NCBI GenBank assembly: GCA_030141605.1
Contig: JAQGDQ010000645.1
Location: 55,851 to 119,850 of the forward strand
Reading direction: 5' to 3'
Source: Tubiluchus corallicola
Taxonomy: Eukaryota > Animalia > Priapulida
Length of the DNA: 64,000 bases
Below are positions 1 through 64,000 of this stretch, piece by piece. Position 1 is the first letter of the stretch. Each line of letters starts with the position of its first letter. A program made the translations under genes and the position numbers. The notes below the pieces were generated by a model. It was not told the DNA's origin. It ran no database searches and saw only the letters and a program-made list of their open reading frames with translations.

Positions 1-6
1 GATCTG

Positions 7-134
7 GCTTCTTGCACAGTGAGCTTGCGTTCACACAGTAACTCTGTATAAAACATGTATTAAACTCCCGCTTCTTGCACAGTGAGCTTGCGTTCACACA
101 GTAACTCTGTATAAAACATGTATTAAACTCCCGC
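7..134. repeat. 63-bp tandem duplication
   Basis: Two adjacent identical copies. Confidence 0.85.
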
Positions 135-302
135 GATCGCCCCGAGGTACAGTTACTCTGATGGCAAGTGGTTTGAAACAAGTTTAGATAATAGTGGTGA
201 AAGTTTGAAAAGTTAATCAGAGCATCCATAGCACACACTTCACCGACTAAACAAAAATACGAGTTACATTGTCTTGTCAATAAAATTAATAACATGTTTG
301 TT

Positions 303-925
303 TGCACAGCAAAATCGTCAAGAAGTCGGCAATTAACGTTTTCTAGTTATTCACATATCGTGAATCTCCATGTCATGAGGATCATTTTGATAAAAAGTTC
401 GTCTCTTTATTTCTAAGCGGAGATAATCCACATTGAAATTGAGGTGCAGGCTATGCAGTGAAAAACAATCTTGAGAAAATTGCTGTTAAAGTTTGCCATT
501 GTTGTTTGTCGCGTCTCTACAAAGCACTTAGCAACCGTACGAAAGTGTGGTTGCTATGGACTTTGCAAGAGCATAGAAGTTTTAAATCCAGTAGATGGCT
601 CTTCCTGACGAAGATTTGGGTTTGTCAACTGAAAAAACCAGAAGCAAAATGGCTGCTTCCACGAGCTAATCGGAGTTTGAAAATACAAGTTTTTTGCAAT
701 CGCAGCACTAGTTTCTAGGCAGAGAAATGGGCACGGGGTTATAAAATTAAATTTTTAGCATTTTTTGGACATTTTCTTGATAATTTGATACTAGAATATA
801 AAAGGCCAATATATTTCTCACTTGTTTTCATGAAAAACAAAAAATTGACATTCAACCAAAGTGTATTCTACTTTGAAGCATCATAACGTGTTTTAACTAT
901 GCCGACTTACGAACGGTCTTGGTTT
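303..925 (+). repeat. Dispersed repeat of unknown class (second copy about 55678-56285)
   Basis: About 600 bp of colinear similarity. Confidence 0.75.
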
Positions 926-979
926 GCAAGTACACACATTATACTGTACAAGAATTTATTTTTCAACAGTGTAGCTTAC

Positions 980-62493
<61,514 letters not shown>

Positions 62494-62554
62494 CTGCAAC
62501 TAACACTTTTTATCACATTTCAAACACAGGAAATGGTTCAACTACAGTTTAGGC

Positions 62555-62790
62555 TTGGCAAAAGCAAACAAAGCATAACATGAAAAACTTTTGAAAACGA
62601 AATGCCTCTAGTCTCGTGAGATAACAGTTTAATTCTATATTATAAAGCTCTAGTCGGATCAGTTGTGGAATAAGCCTGCCAGGTTTTCCATAGTAAACTT
62701 ACAATGGAAGACTAAGAGTATAGAAAAGATGCAGTTTCGTGCTCTAGTAATTATTAGTAGTAACTTAAGTTATGAAGAAACCCTCAATTT
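62555..62790 (+). mobile_element. Decayed L2/CR1-type LINE ORF2 fragment
   Basis: YYKALVGSVVE*ACQVFHSKLT...IEKMQFRALVIISSNLSYEETL resembles the post-RT region of L2/CR1 ORF2. Confidence 0.7.
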
Positions 62791-63979
62791 CCACCTCCAC
62801 AGACTAAATTTAAGTTAAGAAGAAACCCTCAATTTCCCCCTCAACAGACTAAATTTAAGTTATGAAGAAACCCTCAATTTCCCCCTCCACAGACTAAATT
62901 TAAGTTATGAAGAAACCCTGAATTTCCCCCTCAACAGACTAAATTTAAGTTATGAAGAAACCCTCAATTTCCCCCTCAACAGACTAAATTTAAGTTATGA
63001 AGAAACCCTCAATTTCCACCTCCACAGACTAAATTTAAGTTATGAAGAAACCCTCAATTTCCCCCTCCACAGACTAAATTTAAGTTATGAAGAAACCCTC
63101 AATTTCCCCCTCCACAGACTAAATTTAAGTTATGAAGAAACCCTCAATTTCCCCCGCCACAGACTAAACTTAAGTTATGAAGAAACCCTCAATTTCCCCC
63201 TCCACAGACTAAATTTAAGTTATGAAGAAACCCTCAATTTCCCCCTCCACAGACTAAATTTAAGTTATGAAGAAACCCTCAATTTCCCCCTCCACAGACT
63301 AAATTTAAGTTATGAAGAAACCCTCAATTTCCCCCTCCACAGACTAAATTTAAGTTATGAAGAAACCCTGAATTTCCCCCTCAACAGACTAAATTTAAGT
63401 TATGAAGAAACCCTCAATTTCCCCCTCCACAGACTAAATTTAAGTTATGAAGAAACCCTCAATTTCCCCCTCCACAGACTAAATTTAAGTTATGAAGAAA
63501 CCCTCAATTTCCCCCTCAACAGACTAAATTTAAGTTATGAAGAAACCCTCAATTTCTCCCTCCACAGACTAAACTTAAGTTATGAAGAAACCCTCAATTT
63601 CCCCCTCCACAGACTAAATTTAAGTTATGAAGAAACCCTCAATTTCCCCCTCCACAGACTAAATTTAAGTTATGAAGAACCCTGAATTTCCACCTCCACA
63701 GACTAAATTTAAGTTATGAAGAAACCCTCAATTTCCCCCTCCACAGACTAAATTTAAGTTATGAAGAAACCCTCAATTTCTCCCTCCACAGACTAAATTT
63801 AAGTTATGAAGAAACCCTCAATTTCCCCCTCCACAGACTAAATTTAAGTTATGAAAAAACCCTCAATTTCCCCTCCACAGACTAAACTTAAGTTATGAAG
63901 AAACCCTGAATTTCCACCTCCACCGACTAAATTTAAGTTATGAAGAAACCTCAATTTCCCCCTCCACAGACTAAATTTA
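62765..63979. repeat. 45-bp minisatellite (about 27 units)
   Basis: ttaagttatgaagaaaccctcaatttccccctccacagactaaat. Confidence 0.97.
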
Positions 63980-64000
63980 GTCTGTTGAGGTGGCTCATTT

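Overview
AT-rich, repeat-dense animal (probably invertebrate) genomic DNA. The whole window lies inside a minus-strand WDFY3/ALFY (blue cheese) gene. I reconstructed 28 phase-consistent coding exons (about 5.8 kb, about 1930 aa) covering the middle region, PH, BEACH and WD40 domains. The N-terminus lies to the right of the window and the FYVE exon to the left. Two of its introns use GC-AG splice sites. A 19-kb intron (9200-28145) hosts an antisense 4-exon nested gene for a 179-aa secreted, Tyr-rich, Cys-free protein I do not recognise. The introns also carry two copies of a 5S-rRNA-headed SINE with an RTE-LINE-derived tail, three tRNA-headed SINEs, many MITEs (hAT-like, pogo/Tigger, piggyBac-, Kolobok- and Helitron-like), decayed CR1/L2 LINE ends, a Penelope-type minimal hammerhead ribozyme motif, and about a dozen tandem arrays, one born from a LINE fragment and one from an exon/donor junction. 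All family assignments come from recalled sequence knowledge, not from database searches.
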